DNA of 64,000 nt from Squalus acanthias (GCA_030390025.1 CM059438.1:69194001-69258000); one strand, 5' to 3'. Shown: positions 11,350-23,817, counted from the stretch's first letter. The notes: generated by a model not told the origin, from the letters alone. Program-made: numbers and translations.

Positions 11350-11695
11350 TGCCTCGTATATTTCCCTCATTGTGCCTCATTTTGTCTCCTGCTAATATCG
11401 CGTCTGCCTTTTACTCACCTCCTGACCTCCACCCAACTACTTCATAGGTCACTCTATTTCTTTTCCTGTGTGTCTGTCCTTTTGTCTTTTCCCCCTCCCC
11501 CTTTCCCTTGTCTTGTTCCTTTATAAATGCAGCTCATCTGTAATATCCCCGAGTCTTGAGGATGAGTCACAGGCCTGAAACATTGACAGCTGTTTCTGCA
11601 CAGATGCTGCCTGATCGGCTGAGTATTTCCAGCTTTTTCTGTGTTTTTTTTTAAATTTTCAGTTATCCACCATCTGCAGTATTTTGTTTTTTTGT
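11350..11695 (+). mobile_element. decayed Penelope-derived fragment homologous to 2724-3128
   Basis: cctgaaacattgac...cagatgctgcctgatcggctgagtatttccagc...catctgcagtattttg. Hammerhead core mutated (ttgagga instead of ctgacga). Confidence 0.6.
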
Positions 11696-11721
11696 TTATT
11701 GGATCAGATTAAGTTAAATGG

Positions 11722-11941
11722 GGTCTTTGGAATTCTCTACCCCAGAGGGCTGTGGATGCTGAGTCATTGAGTATATTCAAGGCTGAGATCGATGGATTTT
11801 TGGGAATCGAGAGATGTGGGGATCGGGCGGGAAAGTGGCGTTGAGGTCGAAGATCAGCCATGATCTTATTGAATGGCGGAGCAGGCTCGAAGGGCCGTAT
11901 GGCCTACTCCTGCTCCTAATCCTTATGTTCTTATGTTCTTA
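11722..11941 (+). mobile_element. CR1 LINE 3' end
   Basis: tctttggaattctctaccccagagggctgtgg...gaatggcggagcaggctcgaagggccg...; (ttcttatg)n tail. Confidence 0.85.
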
Positions 11942-14247
11942 ATAGAGGTTCTCAAATTATGGAAGATTGTTTTCGCTGGTTCGTGAATTAGTAACAAGCA
12001 GGCATGATCTCGGCACTGGCAGGAGAAGAACCAAGGGGGAAGTTATTAATATATGGAATGCTTTTTTACATATGGCACCAAGGGAGAGACAATGACCTAA
12101 TTTAAAAAGGAATTGGATAAGTGTTTGAAAAGGAAAATAAACAAGGATTACAGAGTAAGGGCAGGGAAATGGAATTGGAATAGAGAGATCCAGGTGGCAG
12201 CTACTCAGGTGCGATGGGCCAAATAGCTTCCATTTGCGCTGCAAGTTCAACAATTCTAATAAAAAGTCAGAGAAGTTTTCATGTGTCTTGAGATCAAACG
12301 CAATCTTTATCTGCAACCTTGGGAATAAATAACATGCGAGCTGCCCCAATTATTAAAATAACCCTCTTCCTCTATTGTAAGATGCAGATCTGAATTTTTC
12401 AGTGAGATAATATGCAGAATATTACTTCAGTTGCTTCCTTTTGTTCCACTTGCATCTAATTTACACTGCAGGAGTTATGGGCTGGGATTGCTACTAATTA
12501 TAGTCAGAGGATTCATATAGAATTTCGACTAACAGTGAAAGCTTACATAGAGTGAATGAAACCACTTATAAACTCACACATGCAAATGGATGGTGTATGC
12601 AAAAGTGAACCCCCCAGTTCATTAATAACAAATGGTCACTTCTCTTACATGCAAGTTTGATATGTGTAAGTTTTCAGTTAATCTTGACCTGTTGAAAATA
12701 ATATGACTCAGCACTATATGTCAGCTTTTGATTTTTACAGCCAGGTTGTTGGGAAGTGTAAATCCGATGTTATTCATGAAGGATTTCAATTTCATGGCAA
12801 CTCATTTAAATCTCCCCCATATCACAGCCCTTTCCTGGTCATAAGGATGGGCTACGCCAAGGATCTCCTTCCTCAGTGTTACACTTCAGCAAGCCGCTAA
12901 GCCATGGGACAGAGAGCGCTCAGAAGAGACTAGTCCCACCATCCATTCTGGTGGAGAAATGCTTGGCCTGCATTCAACATTTTTCCATGGCAGCACAGCT
13001 ATGATTTGGAACTAGTTTAAGATGATGGCGGGCACAATTCCCAGTGGGGCTTTTTAATAAAAAATTGTATTTATTCATTTACGGGGTGTGGGGGTCGCTG
13101 GCAAGGCCAGCATTTATTGCCCATCCCTAATTGTCCTTGAGAAGGTGGTGGTGAGTCTTGAACTGCTGCAGTCCATATGATGAAGGTACTCCCACAGTGC
13201 TGTTAGGGAGGAAGTTCCAGGATTTTGACCCAGCGACGATGAAGGAACGGTGATATATTTCTAAGTCAGGATGCTGTGTGACTTGGAGGGAAACTTGGAG
13301 GTGATGGTTTTATGAAAGGGAAATCTTGTTTGACAAATTTGCTAGAGTTCTTTGAGGATGTAACAAACAGGGTGGATAAAGGGGAACCAGTAGATGTAGT
13401 GTATTTGGATTTCCAGAAGGCATTTGATAAGGTGCCACATAAAAGGTTACTGCACAAGATAAGAGCGCACGGGGTTGGGGGTAGTATATTGGCATGGATA
13501 GGGGATTGGCTAACTAACAGAAAACAGAGAGTCAGGATAAATGGGTCATTTTCTGGTTGGCAATCAGTAACGAGTGGGATGCCACAGGGATCAGTGCTGG
13601 GGCCTCAACTATTTACAATCTATATTAATGACTTGGATGAAGGGACCGAGTATACTGTAGCCATTTTGCTGATGATACAAAGATAGGTGGGTTAGCAAGT
13701 TGTGCGGAGTACACAAAGGGCGCGATTTTGCCAGGCCCGAGGAGACGGGTTTGGAGGCGTGTGAGTTGTTAAAATCGTAAAAAATGGTGGGTGGATCCGA
13801 TCCTGCCTCCAACCCGCCTCTGTGCAATTTTCCCACAATCGTGGTTTCAGACTCCGTTTCCATCCCACCTCTAAGAGGCGGGATAGGCCCTTAAGGCCCT
13901 TAACAACCTGTTAACTGCCTCTATAATCCCATTTTGAGAGGTCTTTCTGAATTTAACACATTTCCCCCATGCTGCACGTCTCCTCTGGAACACGCCAGTT
14001 AATCCTGGTGGCCTCACAAGTGGATTGCTTACTAACAGCTGCAGCTCCACCATTAAAAAGGAGTTTTCACCAATGATCATTTGCAGGTGGCAGAACTTTG
14101 CTGTCTCAGGTCTGGGGGAACTTTTAGCAGGCCTACTCATTGTTGTGGAAGTTTGGAGCCTGAGACCCATCTCCAGTGTGACCTCCTGGGAAACCCCTCT
14201 CCTCACCTTGACTGAGCACTTCCTCAACTGAGGTATATACCAGAAGC

Positions 14248-15486
14248 ATGGGAACCATTTATTTCCTTTCCTCCTGGACATGAGATTCGGACGAAGACCA
14301 GCCGCGGCAGCAGCAGAACCCTGAACAACAGCATCACCAACAGCAGGAGCAACAACAGGAGAGCCAAGCTGCTGCTCACCCACCTGAAGCTGCACAGGCC
14401 AGAAGGCACCAGCGCATGGAAGCACGTCGCCGCAGGAGATACCCCCAAACAGGGTTTACAGACAGAGGATGAGCTACCTAAACATGACTGAGCAGCAGTG
14501 CCAAAGGAGGCTCAGACTTTCGCGAGAGGTAGTGGGTGACATCTGCGCAATGCTGCAGCAAGACCTGGAGCCCAGAGGAGCGGGTGGACACCCCTTACCA
14601 GTGGCCGTCAAAGTCACCACCGCACTCAACTTTTTTGCTTCAGGCTCATTCCAGGGATCAGCAGCAGACATCAGCGGCATCTCCCAGGCAGCCGCACACA
14701 CTTGCATCACGCAGGTAACCGATGCCCTCTTTGCCATCGCGCATAATTACATTAACTTCTCCAAGGATCGAGCAAGTGTAACCGCGCGTGTGGTTGGGTT
14801 TGCGAATCTGGCAGGCTTTCAAAGGTTGCAGGGTGTCGTTGACTGCACACATGTGGCCCTTAAGGCACCCCATCACAATCCAGGTATTTTTGTCAACCGC
14901 AAGGGCTTCCACTCCCTCAACGTACAGCTGGTGTGTGACCACAAGAAGGAAATTTTGCATGTTTGCGCAAGTACCCTGGCAGTTGCCATGACTCCTTCAT
15001 CCTGCGGCAGTCTAGTGTGCCTCCACTCTTCAGTCCGCCAGACCAACTTTTCAGATGGCTACTTGGAGACAAGGGCTATCCCCTGAAGATGTGGCTAATG
15101 ACACTGTTCAGGAGCCCATCCAACGAAGCTGAGGAGCGCTACAACTCCAGCCACATTTCCACCAGATCCATAATCGAGCAAAGCATCAGCTTGCTGAAGA
15201 TGCGATTCAAATGCCTTGATAGATCAGGTGGAGCCTTGCAGTACTCAGCAGCCAGAGTCTCCAGAATCGTCGTGGTCTGCTGTGCACTTCACAACATGGC
15301 ACAGCATCGTGGCTTGCAGCTGGCTGAGGTACAAGTGGCTGATCAGATGAGGAGGAGGAGGAGGAGAAGGAGGAGGAGAGCGACAACGAACAGGTTGCTT
15401 AAGCGCATCAACCAGCGGCAGCAACACGCAAGCACATTGCTGCCTGGGATGCAAGGGATACACTCATCTTGGCCAGATTTGCTTAG
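14248..15486 (+). pseudogene. Harbinger DDE transposase (HARBI1/DDE_Tnp_4-like), frameshifted
   Basis: ORF 14469-15086 has [19 protein letters not shown] and [11 protein letters not shown]. Frameshift near 14970 leads to [26 protein letters not shown] and VVCCALHN. A second shift in the (gag)n tract leads to ...[11 protein letters not shown] at 15486. Start ATG at 14248 is tentative. Confidence 0.92.
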
Positions 15487-15744
15487 CCTGCCCAATCAAA
15501 CACTTTTGCCTCGCACCTTCTTACCAGAGCATCAACAATGGCCAAGAACCTGCAGATTCCTATCACTCTGACCATCATACTGACAATTGCAAGTCGCCCT
15601 AAGCCCTCAATGTGGAAGTCCCATTTGCGAAATGACACAGGCCACAACTTCAACAGTTTGCCATCAAATTTTTTTATCATCACAATTCACAGATGGCTTT
15701 TCAAAAATAAACACAGCAGAACACCCAAGTGACTACCCTTGTGA

Positions 15745-17738
15745 CTACTTGTGCATTATCTTCCTCTTACATGTGCTCCTACGTGCTGGTTCCCCTGTGG
15801 CTTCAGCAGATGTGGAGGCCCCTTGATCACTTTCTTGCTGCTCCTGTCTAGACACCTTTGGCGGGCGTCCTTTGGGGTTGCGAGCCTGAGAGGGCTTGGC
15901 AACAGTCTGCTGCTCCTGCGGCTGTGCAGGGGCTGAAACGCCCATCTCAGTTGGGTGAGGACTCTGGTGGGGCTCTGACCAAGAGCTTTGCAGTGGCATG
16001 GTTGTGTAAGCGCTTGGAGAGAAGCCCCCACTTCCTTGTTCTCTGCCACCATGGGTCTCATGGGTCAGCCCCACTTCAGAGCTAGCAAGTGGCTTGACAG
16101 CACCTTGCTGCACTTCAGGGGGGGCATTGAGGACCCGTTTCTGCACTGGAAGTCCTACTCCAGAGGACTTCCATGAAGGTCTCGTTTCTCTGCTCAATAG
16201 CTGACCATCACTTCTCAAGAGATGTCAGTGTATTCTGAAAAATGACCATGTTTTCAAGACCCTAGCGACTAAGCTCCTCCATGGCCGTAGCCATCCTCTC
16301 CTCTACCGTAGCCATCCTCTCCTCTACGGTAGCCAGCCTTACCATGGAGATAGCCATCCTTTCCACAGAGGTTGCCATCCTTTCCGTGGTGATGCATTCA
16401 TGCGCCAATGCCTCCACAAAGGCACTGCTCATGTTAGCGTTGGACTCCTCCATCCTCTCCACACTCACAGTGACTCTGGAGACAAAACATGCCAGAGACT
16501 CCTGCACCTGTTCCTGGAGTTCCAGAACCGCTCTTCTTCTGGATGGACCCGGAGGCACAGGGTCGACATGCAGCTGAGCCGAGCTGGGAGAGTCCTGCAG
16601 CCTCCGACGAGGACTCTCCACTGCTGTCCCTGTCTCCACCACCTGCTGATGCTCACTTGTGATCTGTGATACACCAGGTGACAACACTGCTCTCTCTCGC
16701 AAAGGTCCCACCGAGGTGTGAGTTTCTGCGCTGGTGCTGGGTGCGTTTAATTCTGCTAACGCTGCGCCCTCAGAGGTTACAGCTCTTCAGGCTCAGGCTG
16801 TTCCTCCTGGATAGTGGGGACGGGGGGCTCTCGATGGTCCTGTGGGGGAGTAAAGGCATGAGTTAGAAATGTGAGATAAAGGTTGCATGCACATTGAATT
16901 GTGCAGATGATCATTAGTCAATCTGTTAGAGCATCAGAATCATTATCAGTCACTCATGCAATGTCAATGAGAGAGATGAAAAACTATTCTGTCACCAGCT
17001 TGCTCTGATGCGCCCGTCTCTCCGTCCCCCACTTGCGCATCCTCCTCCACTCCCATGATCTCCAGGGCTGCCTCCTCTGCAGTGGTGAGCTGGGCAATTG
17101 AGGGTGGCCCGCCTCCTGTCCTCGCCCTCTCCCTCTTATTGTGGGCTCTCTTTTCCTGCAATGAGGGACACAAGTGGAGTTTGAGTGAGAATGAAAGCGT
17201 GAGTGTAGAGAATCCATAGCATAGATGCTTCGAAGGAGACAAAGATGGAGTGAGGTGCCAAGACCAAGGGCCCTCTCTGTGTGTTGTAAGTTGTTGTCAT
17301 AGCATCACAGCGATAGGGAGTGTGAGGGCTGCATAGTCGAATAGTTAAGTGAATGTGAACATACGGAGAGAGGGAATGGTTAAGGGTGCAGGGATGTAAG
17401 GGTGAAGTGGGATATGGAGGAGGAGGTTGACAAAGCAGAGTGCTGGTGATGAGAGGCGATGGGGATCAGATTGAGGGTCATGGGGATGGAATACTCACTT
17501 TTCCTGTGCAGAGAAGGTCATGAAACCTCTTTCTGCACTGCAGCCAGGTTCTGCTGCACATTGAAATCGCGTTCACCTCCTGTGCCACGTGAAGCCACAC
17601 AGCTTTGGTCTGTTGTGGAGGCTTTTTCCTCCCTGAGGAGGGAAAGAGCACTTCCTTATTTGCTCTTGCTCCCTCCACCAGAGCTTAGAGGGAGGCCTCA
17701 TCGAATTTGGGTGCACACTTTGGTCTGGTGCTGGACAT
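15745..17738 (-). pseudogene. Harbinger Myb/SANT-like DNA-binding protein gene, three exons
   Basis: Exon 1 17738-17499 (MSSTRPKCAPKFDEASL*ALVEG...W..VAQEV...RTWLQCRKRFHDL...GK|GTGAGT; in-frame TAA at 17685-17687). Exon 2 17155-16996 (CAG|EKRAHNKRERARTGGGPP...|GT). Exon 3 16839-15745 with frameshifts. Confidence 0.88.
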
Positions 17739-17809
17739 ACTTGCAGAAGGAATCCCTCAGAAGAATGGTGATAAAGTTGTAAGGCTGAAAAAGAACCAAG
17801 GCTGCTTGC

Positions 17810-17880
17810 AGGCCTTAAATCCAGTTGCACAGATGACGTCATCGGAGGCGAGTTTCTTTATCAAAAGACTCATTGGGCCA
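17810..17880 (-). promoter_or_regulatory. candidate promoter of the Harbinger Myb gene (CCAAT, CRE, TATA-like)
   Basis: Palindrome GATGACGTCATC at 17832-17843, CCAAT on the minus strand near 17872, atttaagg near 17813-17820. Same order in the copies at 8915-8980 and 6975-7040. Confidence 0.4.
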
Positions 17881-19077
17881 GGGGTTCCCACACGCTGGAA
17901 ATCAAGTGCCCAATTAGGGCAAAATCGCACTTTTGTCCCGCCTCACATCGGAGGCGGGGTCCTGACATGCCGACCACCTGACATGCCCCTAGCCCGCCCC
18001 CAATGACAAAATCCAGCCCAAAGAGTCTGCAAAGGGATAGAGATAGGTTAAGTGAGTGGGCAAAAATTTGGCAGATGGAGTATAATGTGGGATAATGTGT
18101 GGTTATCCACTTTGGAAGGAAGAATGAAAAAGCAAATTATTATTTAAATGGAGTGAGACTACAAAATGCTGCGGTACAAAGGGATCTGGGGGACCTAGTA
18201 CATGAAACACAAAAAGTTAGCATGCAGGTACAGCAAGTAATTAGGAAGGCTAATGGAATGTTGGCCTTTATTGCAAGGGGTATGGAGTATAAAAGTAGGG
18301 AAGTTTTGATGCAACTTTACAGGGCGCTGGTGAGACTGCACCTGGAGTACTGCGTACAGTTTTGGTCTCCATATTTAAGGAATATGGGGTCGCCCATTTA
18401 AGATGGAGATGTGGAGGAATTTCTTCTCCCAGAGGGTCGTGAATCTTTGGAATTCTCTACCCCTGAGAGCTGTGGAGGCAGAGTCATTGAATATATTCAA
18501 GCTGGAGATTGACAGATATTTGAACTATAAGGGAGTCAAGGGGTATGGGTGAGAGCGGGAAAGTGGTGTTGAGGCCAAGATTGGATCAGCCATGATCTTA
18601 TTGAATGGTGGAGCAGGCTCGAGGGGCCGATTGGCCTACTCCTGCTCCTGTTTCTTATGTTCTTAAGATGGTGTTCCCATGCACCCTCTGCCCTTATCCT
18701 TCTAGGTGGTAGAGGTCGCGGGTTTGGGAGGTGCTGTCGAAGAAGCCTTGGCGAGTTGCTGCAATGCATCTTGCAGATGGTACACACTGCAGCCACGTTG
18801 CACTTGTGGTGGAGGGTGTGGATGTTTAAGGTGGTGATTGGGGTGCCAATCAAGCGTGCTGCTTTGTCCTGGATGGTGTTGAGCTTCTTGAGTGTTGTTG
18901 GAGCTGCACTCATCCAGGCAAATGGAGAGTATTCCATCATACTCCTGACTTGTGACTTGTGGATAGGCTTTAGGGAGTCTGGAGGTGACTCACTCATCAC
19001 AGAATAACCAGCCAGTCTTGCTCTTGTAGCCACAGTATTTATGTGGCTGGTCCAGTTAAGTTTCTGGTCAATGGTGA

Positions 19078-19930
19078 CAACAACAAACAACAACTTATAT
19101 TTATATAGCGCCTTTAACGTAAAAAAATGTCCCAAGGTACTTCACAGGAGTGTTATATAAAAAAAAATTGACACCGAATCATATAAGGAGATGATAGGGC
19201 AGATGACCAAATGCTTGGTCAAAGAGATAGGTTTTAAGGAGAGTCTTAAAGGAGGAAAGAGAAGTAGAGAGGCGGAGAGATTTAGGGAGGGAATCCCAGA
19301 GATTAGGACCTAGGCAACTGAAGGCACGACCACCAATGGTGGAGCATTTAAAATCAGGGAGTTCAAAAGTCTAGAACAGGTGGAGCGCAGAGGTCTAGGG
19401 GGGATTATAGGGCTGGAGGAGATTACAAAGATAAGGAGGGGAAGGCCATGGAGGGATTTGAAAACGGGGATGAGAATTTTAAAATCGAGGCGTTGCTTAA
19501 CTGGGACCCAATGCAGGTCATCAAGCACAGAGGAGATGGGTGAGCAGGACTTGGTGCGAATGAGCACACTGGCAGCATAGTTTTGGATGACCTCAAGTTT
19601 ATGGAGGGTAGATATTCAATTGGGGGAAATTCTGGCTTAAATTCTATAGCTTAACGTCAGACAGGCAGTCTGAATGTGCAAAGGGTTTTATGGGATTTCG
19701 GCAAGCAGTGAGAAAATGCAGTTGAGTGTCATTAGCTACACATAGGATCTAACCCCAAGCTGAAAGATGTCATCAAGAGCAACATGAAGATTGGGAACAA
19801 GAAGGGGTGGAGGATGGATCCTTGAGGACGAAGTGACTATTCAGGGGCATGATGAGGAACCATTCCTGGAGATGCACTGACTGCATTGGGATAGGTAGAG
19901 CGGAACCATATGAGGGCAGTCGAGTGGAAC
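19078..19930 (-). mobile_element. L2 LINE 3' part
   Basis: (aac)n tail then cttatatttatatagcgccttt; ORF 19310-19567 encodes SPISSVLDDLHWVPVKQRLDFKIL; homologous to 23818-25037. Confidence 0.85.
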
Positions 19931-20019
19931 TCACCAACAGAGGGAAGTTGAAACTGGTAATTACATAACTGGTAAAACCATGTGTAATATAGGTATTGAA
20001 CACGTCATCTAGGCAGGCA

Positions 20020-20340
20020 TTTAAGTGGAGGGCTGAGGGAGTGCTGCATTGTTGGCAGTGCCGTCATCCGATTGAGTTGTTAAACCTTGACCCCTTCTGC
20101 CTGTTCAGATGGTGTCAAAGATCACATGGCACTATTTGAAGAAGAGCAGAGGAGTGTCCCCAAAATCCAAGTTAACATTTATCCCTCAAACAACGTCACC
20201 AAAACAGATTTGTCATTTATCTCATCTGAAATTGGCTGCCACGTTGGTCTGTTTAACAACAATGATTACAATTCAAGAGTAGTTCATTGGCTGTGAAATT
20301 CTTTGGGACATCTTTTGGATGTGAAAGGTGTTATATTATT
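20020..20340 (+). mobile_element. DeuSINE-type SINE, partial
   Basis: ctgagggagtgctgcattg...aaagatcacatggcactatttgaagaagagcagagg matches the copies at 85 and 33984. Confidence 0.65.
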
Positions 20341-21122
20341 GCCAATCGTGGGCAAAATACCTTCCCCAGGACATAAATGTATTGTAGAGGACTCAGACAA
20401 GAGTATGCAAAATGATTCCAGGACTTATGAGACTTGTTTTTGTGGAGATAAGATTATTGGCAGGGATTATGATTCTAGTCTTACATTATCTATGTTTTTC
20501 GTCATTTGTAACGTAGATCTAAGCAGGATGATTAACTTGGATTACAATTATACAAGTAGAGGACAAGAACATAGAATTAATGAGCTTCTAACAAGAGTAG
20601 ATCCTCGACAAAATACATTACTGACAAAAGCAATTAACATTTTGTCAGTTAATAGCTTTTAAAAAGAGCTGGATAAGTGTCTGCTTAAGAATGGGATAGA
20701 GGATTATACAAATCAGGATAGATCATGAGATGTTTTGTTGAATATAGAAGTGACTCTAACTTCTATTTCTTTGGCCAGATATTGCAGCAGCTCTGATGGC
20801 CCGAAATAAAAATAAAATTTGCAACTTTCAAACAATTTCACTTTACTTCTCTCTTACTGCAAGGCTGTGAAATCCATCCTGCAGAATAAATGGGGTTGTA
20901 ATACACAGCAACAGGAGCCCCAACACCTTAAAAACCCACTTCAAAAATTGCTGTTATTTTGATAAATAAATATTAATTGACGGTGAGCCCTTTGCTTAGA
21001 TCACAGGGTGGAGGTAAATAATATGAATGTGGAACATGTTTGAAAAGACTTTTTCTGGTAACCCATGAATGAATATTAGAATCCTTTGAATCAAACAAGT
21101 AAAAAATCTTGATCTGATAACT

Positions 21123-21640
21123 AGAATCACAGAATAGAATCATAGAAAGTTACAGCACGGAAGGAGGCCATTTCAGCCCATCGTGTCCGTGCCGGCCAAC
21201 AAAGAGCTATCCAGCCTAATCCCACTTCCCAGCTCTTGGTCCGTAGCCCTGCAGGTTACAGCATCCCAAGTGCACATCCAGTACTTTTTAAATGTGGTTA
21301 GGGTTCCTGCCTCTACCACCCTTTCAGGCAGTGAGTTCCAGACCCCCACAACCCTCTGGGTGAAGAAATTTCCCCTCAAATCCCCTCTAAACCTTCCACC
21401 AATTACTTTAAATCTGTGCCCCCTGGTTTTTGACCCCTCTGCTAAGGGAAATAGGTCCTTTCTATCCACTTTATCCAGGCCCCTCATAATTTTATACACC
21501 TCAATAAGGTCTCCCCTCAGCCTCCTCTGTTCCAAGGAAAACAGACCCAGCCTATCCAGTCTTTCCTCATAGCTAAGATTCTCTACTCCCGGCAACATCC
21601 TTGTAAATCTCCTCTCTACCCTCTCTAGTGCAATCACATC
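21123..21640 (-). mobile_element. CR1 LINE 3' end
   Basis: ORF 21173-21637 encodes LERVERRFTRMLPG...RRLRGDLIEVYK...FFTQRVV; (ttctatga)-type tail. Confidence 0.9.
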
Positions 21641-22382
21641 TGATGGAGGTTGTTTTTGTGTAGCTCAGGAAAGGGGAAAAGTTGAGGGCTGCACTGTGCT
21701 ACCACCTTATTCACCTTTTGTGCCTATTCCGTATGATGTTATATGTTGCGTCATGTTAACACATCGTCATGAATGTTAAGTGTGCCGATCAATTACAGTA
21801 TTATAAAACAGATTATATTCAAGTGCATTTGTACACAACTGTGTTACGCCAGGTTACTTACTTCTACGTAGTGAGTACAGTCTCTGTTTTCAGTGCACCT
21901 ACACGGCAGATTGTTCCCCTTGCCTAACACATGGAGGAAAGTCGTGTTGAAGCGCAATTTTGTGAGACACGCAGTCATTTTCCCCGCCCTGGATTTTCTT
22001 CCGAATATTAATAGAGTGAATTGTTTGCCCCTAGAATGGATAACGGGCCTCCCCTCCCCTCCCACCCACCCTGAGGTTCTGAGTGAATCATTTACAAGGC
22101 AAGTGCTTTTTTTTGTTGCACAGGATCGTGGCTGCTTCTTGGCTGTAACAAGGCAGTGTCATCAAGAATTTCTGCAAGCTTGACATTCTTGACGCAAAAT
22201 GAACTGCCCACGTGCATTGCCCAGTGTGGCAGCCTTTCAATGACACGACTTAACTGAAGAGTTTAACCCGTACATCAGTGTAGTGTACTTCTACTGCTTC
22301 TAGCAGAGCAGGTCCTTTGTGCTTGTAAATTACACAAACAGTGGAACAGTGAAGGGAACTACTAATTTAATTTATTAGCCTT

Positions 22383-23139
22383 GGCCCGGAATTTGCGGTG
22401 GGTTCGCTGTTATTGCCCCTTTGAAACTGACCGTAACTTCAGGATGTAGCGCATACGCATCCTAACGCGGAAAGCCTGAAGTTGAGGCCAGTGGTTCACT
22501 GCTCCGACGCTGGCTGTGCTGTGGCCCCCTCCCGCACCACCGCCCCTCCCACCCACCGCCCCCCCCCCCCCCCGCACCATAGCCGGCAATCAGGGAAATC
22601 AGTGAAACTGACAAAAACTTGGGCTTTTCCGCAGTAATATCACTGTTAAATACCCCATTAAAAGTTAGACCTTGTTGGATTCGGTGTAACTCGGCTTTTA
22701 ACAGCGTATTACCTGCTAAACAAATTTTATGGCCCTGAAAAACTAATTTTAATTTTGAGGAGTGTCAAATTTCCCTATTATAATAAAAAATAGCATTTTT
22801 AAGAAACTTTAAAAAATTATATTTTTGAAAAGTCTGTTCATAGTTTACCTTTGCCCCACGTGACAGCCCCAATCTTTCTTTTGCTCTCTATAACATTTTT
22901 AAAAAGTCAGAATAAAAGCAACTTCTTCACTTTCCTGCCTCCCTGTCTCCGAGAATTCGGCATTGTGATTGGCTGCTCAGACAGCTTGTTGACGTCATGG
23001 CAGGGATTCCCACTACACTACACTGATCTCAATTGCACGTCGGAAAAGGCAAACATCTCGCCACTGAGATCGCGAGATCTTTGTGGGTAGCGTTCTTCCG
23101 GACCAATGTAGCTTCGCCGCTGACCGCAAATTCCGGGCC
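22383..23139. mobile_element. Harbinger-type MITE
   Basis: Perfect 17-bp TIR ggcccggaatttgcggt / accgcaaattccgggcc; AT-rich core; TSD not conserved. Confidence 0.8.
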
Positions 23140-23817
23140 AATTTTACTGATATCTTGAGTAAAATGATTTTCATCTTCTCATCTCTTTCAGTGCTAGAGC
23201 CAGTTGTCATTGGTAATTACTGAGAATTTGTATCTCGCGGTGAGTTGGATTTTTAACCCTTACCTTCATCTCTAATTAATTTTGCACCACAAACATTTGC
23301 ACCCAGTAAAGCACTTTCCAATCTATGCTCTCTTTGTTTCCTTTCAGTTCTATCATTTAGTTATATTCCCCAATGCAATTTTTTTCTCTGTGAAGGATTT
23401 ACTTCCTTTTATAATTTCCCCAGTTTAATTTGCACCCTGGTTGCATGCTTTGTGCGGTATATGCAGAATAATTATCATTAATTGCTAACTGGCTTAAAAG
23501 TGGAAGGTCATTGGAAACATAAATTACCCCATTAACAGGGTCCTTACGCTGTGAAATAGCAGCCCTAACTTTCTGCGGCGAGTTTAATTTGTTTTTACGG
23601 CCCAAATGCAGCAATTTCTTGACATTCGTTGATGGTGAGCTCTGTGTTTTGTCAGCCTAACGTCCAGCAATGTGCGGCAATTCGCAACTCATGGCACATC
23701 TCTTCCTCCCCACAAATTGCTGGGTTTTTTGCGTGCGCCGTGAACCCGCCATTAGCTTTGCAACCAATAATTTTTAGTTTGCGTTATGCGACCGCACTGA
23801 CCATTTTTGGGTTGGTC

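Larger units (their letters stand above)
13718..18019. mobile_element. full-length PIF/Harbinger DNA transposon (4302 bp, both genes mutated)
   Basis: TIRs gggcgcgattttgcca / tgacaaaatccagccc (13/16); 3-bp TSD AAA (13715-13717, 18020-18022) whose removal restores the CR1 sequence acac-aaa-gagtctgc; convergent transposase and Myb genes. Confidence 0.93.
13309..18666 (+). mobile_element. 5'-truncated CR1 LINE (RT to 3' tail), interrupted by the Harbinger element
   Basis: ORF 13312-13686 ([10 protein letters not shown]...[13 protein letters not shown]...PQGSVLGP) continues after 18020 (ORF 18099-18401). Small internal deletion near 18385; (ttcttatg)n tail. Confidence 0.9.
13070..19077 (-). mobile_element. 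CR1-group LINE of a second family (Zenon-like), 3' part, split by a CR1 insertion
   Basis: 13070-13308 and 18667-19077 are contiguous reverse-complement matches to about 52670-53310. gatggt is duplicated at 13303-13308 and 18667-18672. ORF 18536-19135 encodes KSQVRSMMEYSPFAWMSAAPTTLKKL. Confidence 0.8.

Noticed and set aside
13871..14425. 184-aa minus-strand ORF at the Harbinger left end as a possible third gene
   Set aside because: Antisense to the Gln-rich transposase 5' region and subterminal sequence; not maintained in related copies.
14248..15486. Domesticated HARBI1 host gene
   Set aside because: It is frameshifted, bounded by TIRs and a TSD, paired with a Myb gene and inserted in a CR1, so it is a transposon copy.
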